A DNA stretch of 64,000 bases from Somniosus microcephalus (Eukaryota). This document shows, piece by piece, positions 23,701 through 35,452 of this stretch. Location: positions 36,766,001-36,830,000 of the forward strand of contig CM126209.1 of assembly GCA_052327205.1 (NCBI GenBank). The letters are read 5' to 3'. A program made the position numbers and the translations under genes. The notes beneath the pieces are model-generated. The model made no database searches. It was given only the letters and a program-made list of their open reading frames with translations, and had not been told where the DNA came from. The number at the start of each line of letters is the position of its first letter. Position 1 is the stretch's first letter.

Positions 23701-25097
23701 AAAGTTGCTGGAGCGCCTGAAACTCCCTGTGGCATCCTTTCAAATTGGTAGAACCCAACTGGACATATAAAGGCTGTCTTTTCTTTGTCCGATTCACTCA
23801 TCGGTATTTGGTAGTATCCACTTCTGAGATCCAACACACTGAACCACTTGCTTCCATTAAGACAAGCCAGTGCATCCTCAATTCTTGGAACGGTGTATTG
23901 GTCGGGAATAGTACGTCTGTTAAGCGTCCTAAAGTCCACACACATCCGAATCTTTCCGTTCTTTTTCCTCACCACCACTATAGGAGATGCATAAGGACTC
24001 CTGGACTTGGTAATGATCTCAGCTTCTTTTAACTGCGACAGGTGCTGTCTCACTGCTTTGATGTCAGCTGGTGCCAGCCGTTGAGACCTCTCCCAAAAGG
24101 GTTTATCCTCGGTAATTCTGATAGAATGGCGAGTACTCTTACTACAACCAACATCAAACTCATGAGTAGAGAAAACTCCTCTCCGCTCCATCATCTTCCT
24201 GACTAATCGGTCCTTCCATTCTTTAGGAACGAATGAATCTCCAAAGTTGAAGGAGGAGGGTGTCAGATCTCCGGTTGAGTTAACTTTGGACTCTTCCTTC
24301 ACATGTGACGACAGTACATTTACAGGAAACAGATGCGCAATCGGCATTCCTTTCCTCAATGTGATTCCTTTGCCTGACATATTCCTCACGGTCACTGTAA
24401 CTCTCCTTGACATCACAGCTGTCGGGGTCTGCAACTCTGGTCTCACCAGAAGCTCATTTGGAAACCGTGACTCTTCTGCAGGATCATCAGGTGACTCTAT
24501 CAGAATGGCTTCAGTACCTGGCGTTCCAGGGAATTTTGGTATCCCAGGGATTCTAGCCACTCCTCCAGGACGCAGGGTGATAGGTTTGGCTCGAACGTAC
24601 CACACAGTTCCTCTTTTGCTATCATCTACGTCGGAAGAAAGTTCAGGCAGTTTCTCAAAAGCCTTTTTGAAAACAGGGTGAATGTGTCTGGTGCTCAAGA
24701 AGTTTTCACCTCCCTGCTCTTTGCAGCTTGTCAGGAGTCGTCTCACTATGGGTGTATTACTGCCAACCAGTATGGAAGCCTCACCTTTCACCATGGGGTC
24801 AGGGCAAACCAACACAAGTGCATCAATGGTCTCAGTGGTCCCTACATCAGCTTCCAAGAACTCCAACCTCAGCGACAAATAGCCATCATATGGGTAATCA
24901 GCAGGACTAAGGCCCCAGATCTGCAGAAGACTGATTGGGGTTAACGGCAAATGCGTCAGGTATCGGTCATAGAAGGATCTGTACAGTATGGTAACCTGAG
25001 AACCCGTGTCGAGGATAGCTTTAGTATAAATGCCTTCAATCTGTATTGATACAGCAGAACTCGGCCCTACTAAACCTTCAGGTGTGATGTCTTTCAT
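20782..25097 (-). pseudogene. pol: Pol (PR-RT-RNaseH-IN) with a frameshift near 23655 and a stop near 23487
   Basis: LDTGSQ, MCVDFR, YLDD in the shifted frame, MDASQ, integrase HHCC, SDQG and ERFNR. Confidence 0.93.
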
Positions 25098-25162
25098 ATC
25101 CCCTCGTCTATTATTGCACTTAGCGGAACGCGTCTTAACTACAGGGACAGCAGGCCGTTCCG

Positions 25163-26566
25163 TTACTGTGCCCCTTTGTAGTTTCCCGACTTCTTGGTAA
25201 GTTTTATGAGACGGTCATTTACTTTTTTTAGATTTTCCTCACCTCTACATTCTCGCTTGAAATGTCCATCCTTTCCACAGTTATAACAAAAGACTCCAGG
25301 TCTATCTCCTTCATGGGGATATCCTTTAGAGGAATCATTCATTTTGCTGTTAGACTTCGCAGGGTGTTCAACCTTTTTCACCCGTGCGTCATCCCTTTCT
25401 GTGTTGGGCTTAGACCGAAAATATGCCATCTCGGCTCTCATGACATTTATTTCCTTCTTCAGCTGTTCCATCTCAGGGTTGACATCACCCTTAGGAGTAG
25501 AAACTGTAACAGGAGTCACAAGCTTGGACATCACAGCACTCTTTGCTACATTCCGGGCCTGAAGCATATCCTCCTCCTCTCTGACTTCCCTTAGCAGCTC
25601 AGTGAAGGTAGGTGGATCTCGCAACTTATGGGTCATGCGTATGCAAAGAGCAGTCACGTCTTCGAGCAATGCACTTCGCACAACCTGTTCAATGCGGAAC
25701 CGATTCATTTCAGGCAACTCAATCCCTCTTTTCCGTAACATACAATGCAGCAGTTTGTCTATTCACAGCAGATAACTGGACAGCTTCTCTCCCTCACACT
25801 GGAATGTGCTTCTGAATTTGACCATCAAATCTGAAATGGTTTCAGTAGTTCCAAAGGCAGTTTCTAGAGCCTGCATGTAGTCAAAGGAAGTAGCAGAGGT
25901 GTTCTGCGCCTTTAAGAATCTTACAATGTCAGCAGCAGGACCCTTAAGGCTTTCTACTATTCTCTGCCTCTTCACATCGTCACTGCACTGCCATTCCTCT
26001 AGCAGAGGCAGGGTCTGCTCAGCCCAGGCGTCGTACTCCTCTTCCCCACTGGGAGTTGGTCTCACTCCTGAGAACATACGGAGCTTACGGTATCCCTGAG
26101 CCTTGAAGGGCAGATTGGTGCATTTATCCACCAGAGAACTAATGGCACTGACCAACTGAGTGTTCATATCCAGGGCCGAAGGACCTATCAGACCTTTGAC
26201 ATCAGCAACAGTCTTTCCTTCTTGTCCCAAGAATGACAACAACTTGGTCTGAAACCCTTCTTCTTCCTTAGTAGTAATAGGGACAAACTGAACTGGCCAG
26301 GGACCAGCCTCTTCAGAAAGCCCAACTGCCTCAGGTAAACCATGACCTCTCAGGTTCTCTGATGTCTGGATCAACACAAATTGCTTCTTGGTAGCTGTAT
26401 CCAAGCAGCGCTCAACTATCCTAACCTTTCCAAAGACTTTGACACAATTCAGAGCCCTTAGCAAGACATCATCAGGGTCATCGTTAGCAACACCATTCAG
26501 CACAATAGCATGGGTAGTAGCTATCTGCTTCCGTTTGCACCAAGCTTCAACCTCAATAACATCCAT
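25163..26566 (-). pseudogene. gag: PNMA-like Gag with one in-frame stop at 25763-25765
   Basis: YRKLRMFSG...GEEEYDAW...EEWQCSD..KRQRIVESLKGPA and a C-terminal knuckle CYNCGKDGHFKREC. The two ORFs are in the same frame. Confidence 0.92.
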
Positions 26567-28749
26567 CTTTTATGCTCAAACAGCCCAGTAGAAACCACAA
26601 ACCTATCTCTTAGCAATGAGCATTCAATACTGTTAGTTTACTGACATAAGTAGACCACAATCCCGGACGAGCCCCCAAAATGTAACCCCTTCACGGTTCT
26701 CTAGATATATGTGAGATGTGGTCTCTGTTGTAGACAGTATTCTATAGTCCAGTAAGGAGATCACTACTACAATGGCTTAATTCTAATTATCTTACTTTAT
26801 AGTTTTAATGTCAGACAGTATAAGAAGATTACAGGTCAATGAACTAAATTAGACATTTGCATACATTAGAATGAATCTAGACATAATAAGCATACATTCT
26901 CCATTTACATGGATTCAAAGGAGAATCTGTCCCTGTGTCCAAATTCGAGTGCACTCTTTCGTTGGCGCGCTTAAGTTGGAGCTCATGGTATGTATAATGT
27001 CTGCAAGACTTACGACTCCGAACCCCTTCGTTGAATTCTCTTCACGATCACTGAATCCCACTTTGAGTTCTGGATGCAGAGCTACTAATACGAGGGGCGG
27101 CGGCCGAGTTTGGAAACCCGGGACGGGATGCGGCAGCCATTTGCCTCCTGAGCCCTCTTTTCAGAGCTCCTGCCCTCTTTTCTTCCAGTCGCTCCTTTTT
27201 CCCGCTCGAAAACCCCGACTCCACCCCTTCCTTCTGGGGTTTCTGCCTGGAGACTGCGCAGCCTCACTGTCTGCAACAGTTGATACTGGTGCAGAATTAT
27301 GGAAAGTCTGCTCTTAGTCACATTGTGTCCTTAAAAGTTCTTGCCGTACCTTCACATGGGCAACTTTAACCCAGGGATTTATAACAATGATAATACAGTG
27401 TCTAAGTTAAAGATTGATAACCATACTTAGCGTACATAACATTTCCAGTGGGTATTACACTATTTTAAACAATTAATAACATTTTTGAAAAAAATAATTT
27501 TTTAATAAATCGGGTCTAAAAATAAACTTACCTTACTGTAAAGTCCTTAAAAACAATGAAGCTGTGGAAAAAATGTAATAATTTTAAATAATAGACCACT
27601 TACCTTCAAGAATGCAGTCCTTACGCCTCCTTTTTATATGTGTAAAAAGTTCAGGCCCTTGCACACGGGCAAACCTGTCAAAAAGAAGGAAGTTCAACAC
27701 GTGCGCGCAGAGTCCTGCGCGCACGCGTTGGACCTCTAAAACCCTTGGAGGAAATGCCGGTTTCCCGCGCATGCGCTGTGCATGCTGAAATCCGGCACTT
27801 CCAACGGGCCCACGCGTGAGTACACCGTCCGTACTCACGCGTTGGGACCGGAATTACTGGCCCAATATGTTGCTAGTGAATCTCCAGTGGTGTTGCTTAC
27901 AGTAAATTAGAGGGTATGTTCTCCCACTTGTCTCTGGTGTCCTTGCGTTGCTGCTTCTTTCTCTGTCTCTCTCCTATTCTCCTTTACTCTCTCTATTTCT
28001 CTTCCTTTGTGATTATTTCTGTGTCTTTGTCTGATTTTTTTTCTTTCCATTCGGTGGGAAGTGGTGGATGGCATGGTCTGTGGGAAAGGGAGCCATGATG
28101 CGACCGAGACTATTGCACTGGTGGGTGTGGTGTGATTGTACTGGGAGGGTCAAAGTTTGGTGGGTTCTGTTTCAGCCTCACCCCTTTCCCCACCTGTGCA
28201 TTACCACCATCTTTACACCCGCGATTTGACTGGCCTATGGACCCTCTGTATCTGACCACTCTATGCCCACTCTGCCTTACCTCCATAGTCCACCCAATGT
28301 GCTTGATGCTCCTATGATCTCAATGGTCAATGAGCAACCCCCCCCCCACCCCCATCCCACCCTCCCCTCACTCCTTCAGTGGGCTGACCAGCCCATACTG
28401 TCACAGGAACTGCCACAGGCCTGGTCTGTGATCGTGATCAGTTACCAACAGTGCAGGGAAATACATTATAAGTTATAGAATCTAGAATGATACAACACAG
28501 AAGGAGGTCATTCGGCTGATCAAGTCTGTGCCGGTTCTTTGAAATAAATGCAAACAATTTGGATTGAAATTCAAAAGCACATCCCAATCCCCATGCAAGT
28601 ATAAGCTCATATGCAAATTTAAAACAACCCTGTATTTCTGATAACAAATGATGATCCAGAAAGCAAGTGATTTTTTGGGACTTTTGTAAGATTACTTAGA
28701 TAATATTTTAGTAGAACATTAAACCATTTGAGCAAATTAAACAGACATA

Positions 28750-29373
28750 AAGGTGGGAACGGGTTGGGTGGTGGGTTAAGATAGTGGGGTCTGCACCGCA
28801 TTGCTGAAGCGTTCCCACTCCTGCCCCCCACCTTAACTTGTATGAATTCAGGCATGGGAAGGCCACCTGCCCTAGAGAAGCGGAGGTCTAATTTAAATGG
28901 CGATGTTGTGTCCCGATGACGCCATCAGGGCGCGCATGCCATTTCAACTGCAGGCCGATTAAGGGCCGTATGGTCTTGAACCGGCCAACAAAGGGTGCAT
29001 CCTGCCCTCAGCAGGCCCAGGTAAGTTCATCTTTAAAAAAAAGTTTTTATAGCTTCCTTTTGGGCCAGGAGGAGCACTGTCCTGGCCCCACAAGGATACC
29101 TTAGGCCTCCCCTACTCCAAGCTCCTGCTCATCCCCAGCGATCACGAACCTTAAGGAAAACCCTGCCCCGCTACCTTAAGTATCTTGCCGGGGACTATTT
29201 CTGTGGGTGGTGGCCTGACTCCAGGCAGATTCAGGCTGGAGTCAGTAGCCTGACATACAAATGAGGCCTGGGAGTTAAAATGGCCCAGGCCTCAGACTGA
29301 ACACTTCACGGGGGTTTCCTTCCCGGCTCGCACCCAGTCCGCCTGAATCCTGCCCTGAGTTAAAATCAGGGCT
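28750..29373. mobile_element. Decayed non-autonomous Harbinger-like element
   Basis: GC-rich block ending in TAAAATCAGGGC, similar to other Harbinger termini here. The left TIR is not evident. Confidence 0.45.
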
Positions 29374-30543
29374 AGAATTTGTCCAACACTTCTTTTTACA
29401 ACTGACATATTTTCCCTCTGTTTCTCTAAATCAAACATATGGATATTTGGCTTCTAACCTCTATACAGAATGTTCTTTATGATCAAAACTTGACTTGGAT
29501 GACAATATAGCAGTAGTGCAATTGTTTATGGGAACACTCAATAAAAAAACTTGGCATCCATTGTAGCACTGTGGGAGTCCAACATGGATCGAGATGGAGA
29601 TTCAACAGCATGTTCTTCTGCAACAGGCATATAAAAATAAATAAAACTTTAATGACAGTGAAGCGCATATAAAACGCAGTTTAACTACATTATATTTTTC
29701 ACTCCTTCCTTGCCATATATTTGACATAATGGAGATGAAGGTGATAAACAGCATTTATCCTGGGAACTGGAATCTGTCATTGGTGACAGAGTGATTGAAC
29801 ACTTGGGCCTAGAAATTCAGTATCGCCACGTTTGGGGCGCTACAGCCGGGCATTCGCTAAATTTAGCGGCCGGCGCAACTTAGCGCCACCTTCGCCGAAA
29901 TTGAGTTGCATCGCCCCAAGAGGTTGCTGCTGCGCTAAAGCAGGCAGTGCACGACTATCATAAGATGCTAAGCCGGCGAGCCGAGGCGCTACCACCGAGG
30001 GCGGGCGCAGCGCAGGTGCAGCGAGTTATTGATTGAAGGCAGACATGCTGGCGCCGGTCAGCTCTTAAAGGGGGAGGGTCGATTTGGATTGCACCCACGC
30101 CCTGCACACTACAGCCCTGAATCTAGGCCTAAACAGAGCTGCTTCACGAACGCTACGCCCACGACTATGGAGAAGGCCAGGAAGTGAGCGCAGTGCTTCA
30201 GCGAGGGTGCCCTGAAGCTTCTGGTTGGCGCAGTGGAGCACCGGCAACCTGTCCTCTTCCCTGACAGTGGCAGGAGGCCGCTGCCCAGCGAGTACAGAAA
30301 AGCCTGGAGGGAGATGGCGAACAGAGTGATCTCCAACAGCTTGGTCCCCAGGACACCCACGCAGTGCAGAAAAAAGTTCAACGACATCACTCGGCTTGTC
30401 AGGGTGAGTACCCTTTCCAATATCCTCTTCATCCCTGCATGGGCACCTCACTTTACAGCCAAAGGGTCCTGAAAGCCCTAATGCCCAGCCCTCATCCAAC
30501 AGCTATGGGACTCTCATGAAAATCACATGCACATTCACCACTT

Positions 30544-30877
30544 TACACACTATCAGGGCTATTCGACCATGGGAGACAGTGCAGGCAAGATGAGGGCTTG
30601 ACACTGTCAGGGCTATTCGACCATGGGAGACAGTGCAGGCAAGATGAGGGCTTGACACTGTCAGGGCTATTCCACCATGGGAGACAGTGCAGGCAAGATC
30701 AGGGCTTGACACTGTCAGGGCTATTCCACCATGGGAGACAGTGCAGGCAAGATCAGGGCTTGACACTGTCAGGGCTATTCCACCATGGGAGACAGTGCAG
30801 GCAAGATGAGGGCTTGACACTGTCAGGGCTATTCCACCATGGGAGACAGTGCAGGCAAGATCAGGGCTTGACACTGT
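30544..30877 (+). repeat. 54-bp minisatellite, ~6 copies, in intron 1 of the Myb gene
   Basis: Unit ttgacactgtcagggctattccaccatgggagacagtgcaggcaagatcagggc. Confidence 0.95.
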
Positions 30878-31626
30878 ACTCAGAGGTCATCCTTTCTCTT
30901 GCAGGGCAAGCTGGCCCACAATCGGAGGCAGCAGCGACGGACCGGGGGAGGCCGTCCTGACCTTAAAGACCTGAGCGACCTGGAGCAGCGAGTGGAGCGG
31001 ATACTGGGAGGCCGGCTGATTGGCCCCGTCGCCACTGGAGATGCTGACCCCGTTCTGCACAGCAATGGTAAGGTCATCACCTTTTTGACCTCTCTCTTTC
31101 CATTTGTGCCTCACACCAGCATCCTTTGCCACTCTCGAACCAATGCAGTGCATTGCAGCACTCATGCCTCCCTCGCTGCCACCCTGTCCTCACTCTAAAG
31201 CAACTCCTGTGCCTCCCTGCTTTCAGATGATGAATCGCCAGGTGAGGAGACGGGCCCTCAAGCTAGCACTGCGACTGATTCGGAATTCGAGGAGGAGGAA
31301 GAGGAAGCCGGCCCATCAGTGCCACCCTCAGCCGAGGCAGCCCATGGCCATGATGGGGACACGTCTTCCCTGGAGGGGAGCAGGGGGGAAGGGTCTGATG
31401 ATGGTGAAGCTCTGGGGCCCAGCGGGCTGCAGCAACGCGGGAGGGGTGGGGAAGCTCGGCAGCCTTCTCCCCGGAGGGTGAGTGCGGCTTGTAGTCCGGC
31501 TACGGTGAGCGCAGAGGAGGTGTGGTTCCTTGGTGAAATGGGTGCCCAGGCTGAGCGCAGGCACATTGAGCTCATGGCTGCAGTGGCAAGGATGCCTGAC
31601 TCCATCAAGTCACTGGCAAGGAGTGC

Positions 31627-31750
31627 TCAGGAATTCAGGGCAGCACAGGCCAGGAGTCTGCAGGACTTCGGGGCAGCACAGGCCAAGAGTCTGCAGGACT
31701 TCGGGGCAGCACAGGCCAGGAGTCTGCAGGACTTTGGGGCAGCACAGGCG
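31627..31750 (+). repeat. 33-bp coding tandem repeat (QDFGAAQARSL x ~4)
   Basis: Directly visible in the DNA and in ORF 31319-32284. Confidence 0.93.
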
Positions 31751-32295
31751 GCTTCCAGCCAAGTGCTTAGTCGTGCCATGCAATCACTGGCTGGTCTGAT
31801 GCAGGCACAGATCAGGGCCACACGGGCACTAACTGCTGCCACCCTCGCTGCATCAGCCAGAAATCGCCGGGGCCCTCGCCACGCCGCAGCAACCCAGCAG
31901 TCTGTGCTTCAGCAGATTGCTGCGCATGCTTCCGTGCTGGCCCGTGCGAGTGCCAGTGTATCGGCCGACCAGGGAGTGCCTGTGCTCTGTCAGGTTGGCA
32001 GCATTCCTGCTGCCAACACTGTTACTCCTCCACTGCAGCTGCCACCACCTGTAGGACAGACTGCTGCCGCCCAAGCAGAGTTGGAGCAGTCAGCAGCCGG
32101 GCCCTCCAGGCCCAGAGCTGGTCCAGGCCATCCCCCAAGGGCATCTGCTGACTCACCATCTGACCCTCAGCAGCCTTCCCCCAGCCTTGCTGCAGCCATT
32201 GGGGTCCCATTGAGGAGGAGCTGCAGGGCGGGAAGGGGCAAATCGCACAAGCGAGGCGGATCACTCTCGCAGGCGAAAAAGTAGAAGGTGTGGCA

Positions 32296-32521
32296 AAATG
32301 TTTTTTTTTATATGAAGGCTGAGAATGTTGTGTTTGTTTTTTATATGAAGGCCGAAAATGTTGTGTTTGTTTTTTATATGAAGGCTGAGAATGTTGTGTT
32401 TGTTTTTTATATGAAGGCTGAGAATGTTGTGTTTGTTTTTTATATGAAGGCCGACAATGTTGTGTTTGTTTTTTATATGAAGGCCGACAATGTTGTGTTT
32501 GTTTTTTATATGAAGGCCGAG
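32296..32521 (+). repeat. 33-bp minisatellite, ~7 copies, 3' of the Myb gene
   Basis: Unit tatatgaaggctgagaatgttgtgtttgttttt. Confidence 0.95.
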
Positions 32522-32784
32522 GATCATGGTCATTTTTGTTTAACTGTTTTTTTCATTTTCTCCAGGTTGTGTGAGCCAGTTATGTGTATGACTGTTTTTT
32601 GGGGGTTTCTCTGTATTTGTTTGTCATGCGGGAAGGGCACAGAGTTTGTAAAATAAAAAATTGTCTTTATTCAGATTGTCCATGTTTGCACTTTGAACTC
32701 TTTGTTGCCTTGGCCGGCTGAGGGTTTGCGGAGCAGCTCCATTCATGTTCTTTCAATGTCACAAGCCATTCCCTGAGAGGGGGC

Positions 32785-34928
32785 CTAGAACTGACTTGCA
32801 ATAATCCGCCGATGGACGGCCCTTGCACTTTGTGTCTCCCTCCCATCTTGGTGCTCCTCCTCCTCCTCCTCCTCCTCCTCCTCTTCTGGTGGTCCTCCAA
32901 TGTCTGCTGGCAGTGGCTGAGTCCTGAGGATAGCCAGGTTGTGCAGCATGCAGCACACTACAACGAAATGGGAGACTCGCTCAGGCGAGTACTGAAGGGC
33001 TCCCCCGGAATGGTCCAGACAGCGGAACCGTTGCTTGAGCACACTGATTGTTAGTATGCAGGTACAGCAAGTGATCAAGAAGGCCAATGGAATGTTGGCT
33101 TTTATTGCTAGGGGAATAGAATATAAAAATAAGGAGGTATTGTTGCAGTTGTACAAGGTATTGGTGAGACCGCACCTGGAATACTGCATACAGTTTTGGT
33201 GTCCATACTTAAGAAAAGACATACTTGCTCTCGAGTCAGTACAAAGAAGGTTCACTCGGTTAATCCCGGGGTTGAGGGGATGGACATATGAGGAGAGGTT
33301 GAGTAGATTGGGACTCTACTCATTGGAGTTCAGAAGAATAAGAGGCGATCTTATTGAAACATATAAGATTGTGAAGGGGCTTGATTGGGTGGATGTGGTG
33401 AGGATGTTCCCAATGATGGGTGAAACTAGAACTAGGGGGCATAATCTTAGAATAAGGGGCTGCTCTTTCAAAACTGAGATGAGGAGAAACTTCTTCACTC
33501 AGGGGGTAGTAGGTCTGTGGAATTTGCTGCCCCAGAAAGCTGTGGAAGCTACATCATTAAATAAATTTAAAACAGGAATAGACAGTTTCTTAGAAGTAAA
33601 GGGAATTAGGGGTTATGGGGAGCGGGCAGGAAATTGGACATGAGTCTAGGTTTGGATCGGTCATGGCCCTGTGGGTAACAGAGCGGGCCCAGGGGCCGTG
33701 TAGCCTGGTTCTGCTCCTACTTCTTGTGTTCTAATTATGTGTTAGATTTCAGGAGATGGTTCTATTCCTGTTCCTGGCTGGGGTGGAGATCACCTTTTAC
33801 AGAAGGTAAGTACTGTAGAAAATATAGGGACAGTGATCTCCTGGACGAGTTTCGATCGCCTAGATGGGTCGGAGAGGAATTTCCCAGATTTTTTTTCTCC
33901 CAAATTGGCCATTGGGTTTTTAATCTGGTTTTTCGCCTCTCCCAGGAGATCACATGGGTTCGGGAGGGATGTAGAGTGATAGTAGATTTGAGGTTAGGAT
34001 CAGATCAGCCATGATCTTATTGAATGGTGGAGCAGGCTTGAGGGGCCGATTGGCCTACTCCTGCTCCTACTTCTTATGTTCTTATGTTCCTGGTCGCTTG
34101 ATGGCTGTCATTGTATCGTTCTTCAGCAGGGGTGCTGGGCGCACGGAGCGGGGTCATCAGCCAGGTGCACAAAGGATAGCCCTTGTCCCCGACAAGCCAG
34201 CCTCCTGGGTGAGCCGGGGCTTCGAAAATGTCTGCCACAGAAGTCTGGCGCAGGATGAAGGCATCGTGGCTGCTGCCTGGAAAGCGGGCATTGACAGCTA
34301 GCATGAGCTGCCTGTGGTCACACACCAACTGGACGTTGAGCGAATGGTATCCCTTCCAGTTGCGGTAATCCTCAGCATTCTGTAGAGGTGCCCGCAAAGC
34401 CACATGTGTGCAGTCAATGGTGCCCTGGACCATGGGGAAGCCCGCTATTCTTGCAAATCCCATTGCACGCTCTTGCTGCTTGTCCAGGGTCATGGGGAAG
34501 GAGATGTACTGACGTCTCCTTCTGAAGAGGGCATTCGTCACCTGGCGGATGCAGCAATGTACCACGAACTGGGAGATATTGGCAATGTCCCCAATAGCGG
34601 ATTGGAAGGAGCCGGTGGCATAGAAGTTGAGAGCCACTGTCACCTTCACTGCCACCAACAGAGACGTCCTGCTCCTCAGCTGTGGCTGCAGATCTCTCTG
34701 AAGCAGGTGGCAGATCTCAGTGACCACCTCCCTTCTGAATCGCAGCCTCCGAACACACTGCTCCTCAGACATGTTGAGATATGAGAACTGCTGGCGGTAG
34801 ATCCTGGGTGGGTAAGGCCTCCTGTGCTGACGCCTGTTGGCCCTTCTCCACCTGGCCATGACTGGCACTCTCTCTCGGCGTCTCTGAGCCCCTTGAATAC
34901 AATGCAGAAACCCAATGTTTCCACCCAT
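32785..34928 (-). pseudogene. Harbinger DDE transposase interrupted by CR1
   Basis: [32 protein letters not shown] and GDKGYP. Breaks at HQATRN and resumes TISVLKQRFRCLD below ~33051. Confidence 0.93.
33050..34088 (+). mobile_element. CR1 LINE 3' fragment with a composite, double 3' end
   Basis: ORF2 C-terminus to 33643, first tail at ~33730, second tail (TTCTTATG)n at ~34070-34088. Confidence 0.92.
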
Positions 34929-35452
34929 TGCAACCCCCAGTATATGTGGCGACTCAAGGCTATGGCACTGAAAGTTAAATCTAAGTGCAAAGCTCTGGCC
35001 TGAAGCCAGAAGTACCTGTGCGAGCGCTGAGTCAAAGCAGAAAGCTCTCTCCCTTTGTCTCTCTCCAAATCTCTCTCTCTCACACAGAAGGAGTGGAACA
35101 AAATGGCTGCCACAAAGAATGCAGGAAGAGTCCCCTTTAAATAGCGCCCCCCACACCCCACAGCGACTGGGAACCGTTCCACTCAACCAGTCACTAGGGG
35201 CGCCAGGCGCACAGAAGGGGGGCACCACTGAAGTTCCGGTTCGGGGCGCACCAAGGACGTTGCACCATCAAATGATGTCAGGATCTGCGCGCGCAGCTGA
35301 GCGGGCGCTGCGGTTTTGCGCCGCCGCTAAATCTTGACTGAAGTTCGCGAGAGGCGCAGATCGCGCCGCACCCGGGCGCTAGCCGCTTCGCGCCCCACTT
35401 CTCCCCCTCCTAAGGCGCTAGCGGCTGGCGCTAACAATTGAATTTCTAGGCC

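Larger units (their letters stand above)
19985..27459 (-). mobile_element. Full-length Ty3/Gypsy LTR retrotransposon with PNMA-like gag, decayed
   Basis: LTRs at 19985-20746 and 26681-27459, 4-bp TSD CTAT, tRNA-Pro PBS TGGGGGCTCGTCCGGGAT at 26660-26677, and PPT at 20747-20756. Confidence 0.97.
19629..27863. mobile_element. Non-autonomous Harbinger element (~760 bp) split by Gypsy element 3
   Basis: TIRs GGGCCAGAAATT and AATTACTGGCCC, 3-bp TSD AAT at 19626-19628 and 27864-27866, GC-rich ends and an AT-rich core. Confidence 0.85.
30167..32284 (+). pseudogene. Three-exon Myb/SANT-like DNA-binding partner protein (exons 30167-30403, 30905-31067, 31227-32284), stop at codon 7
   Basis: Trihelix motif FSEGALKLLV..V......LF...AWREMA..V......RTPTQCRKKFND, and GT-AG introns with compatible phases (0 and 1). 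The early TGA is probably a CGA>TGA change. Confidence 0.88.
29806..35452. mobile_element. Complete PIF/Harbinger transposon B
   Basis: 14-bp TIRs GGCCTAGAAATTCA and TGAATTTCTAGGCC, 3-bp TSD TTG, and convergent Myb/SANT and transposase genes. Inserted into a CR1 ORF2 that resumes at ~35453. Confidence 0.96.

Noticed and set aside
30544-30877. CRISPR-like array or repeat-protein ORFs (30503-30874, 30598-30960)
   Set aside because: Head-to-tail 54-bp units with no unique spacers, lying inside an intron of a eukaryotic transposon gene.
32261-32656. Repeat-peptide ORFs on both strands
   Set aside because: Artefact of a 33-bp minisatellite downstream of the Myb stop codon.
32785-33255. Novel fusion protein
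   Set aside because: Chance in-frame join of antisense CR1 and the transposase C-terminus.
34074-35228. Host HARBI1 gene
   Set aside because: It is enclosed by TIRs and a TSD with a Myb partner, so it is a transposon copy and not the domesticated gene.
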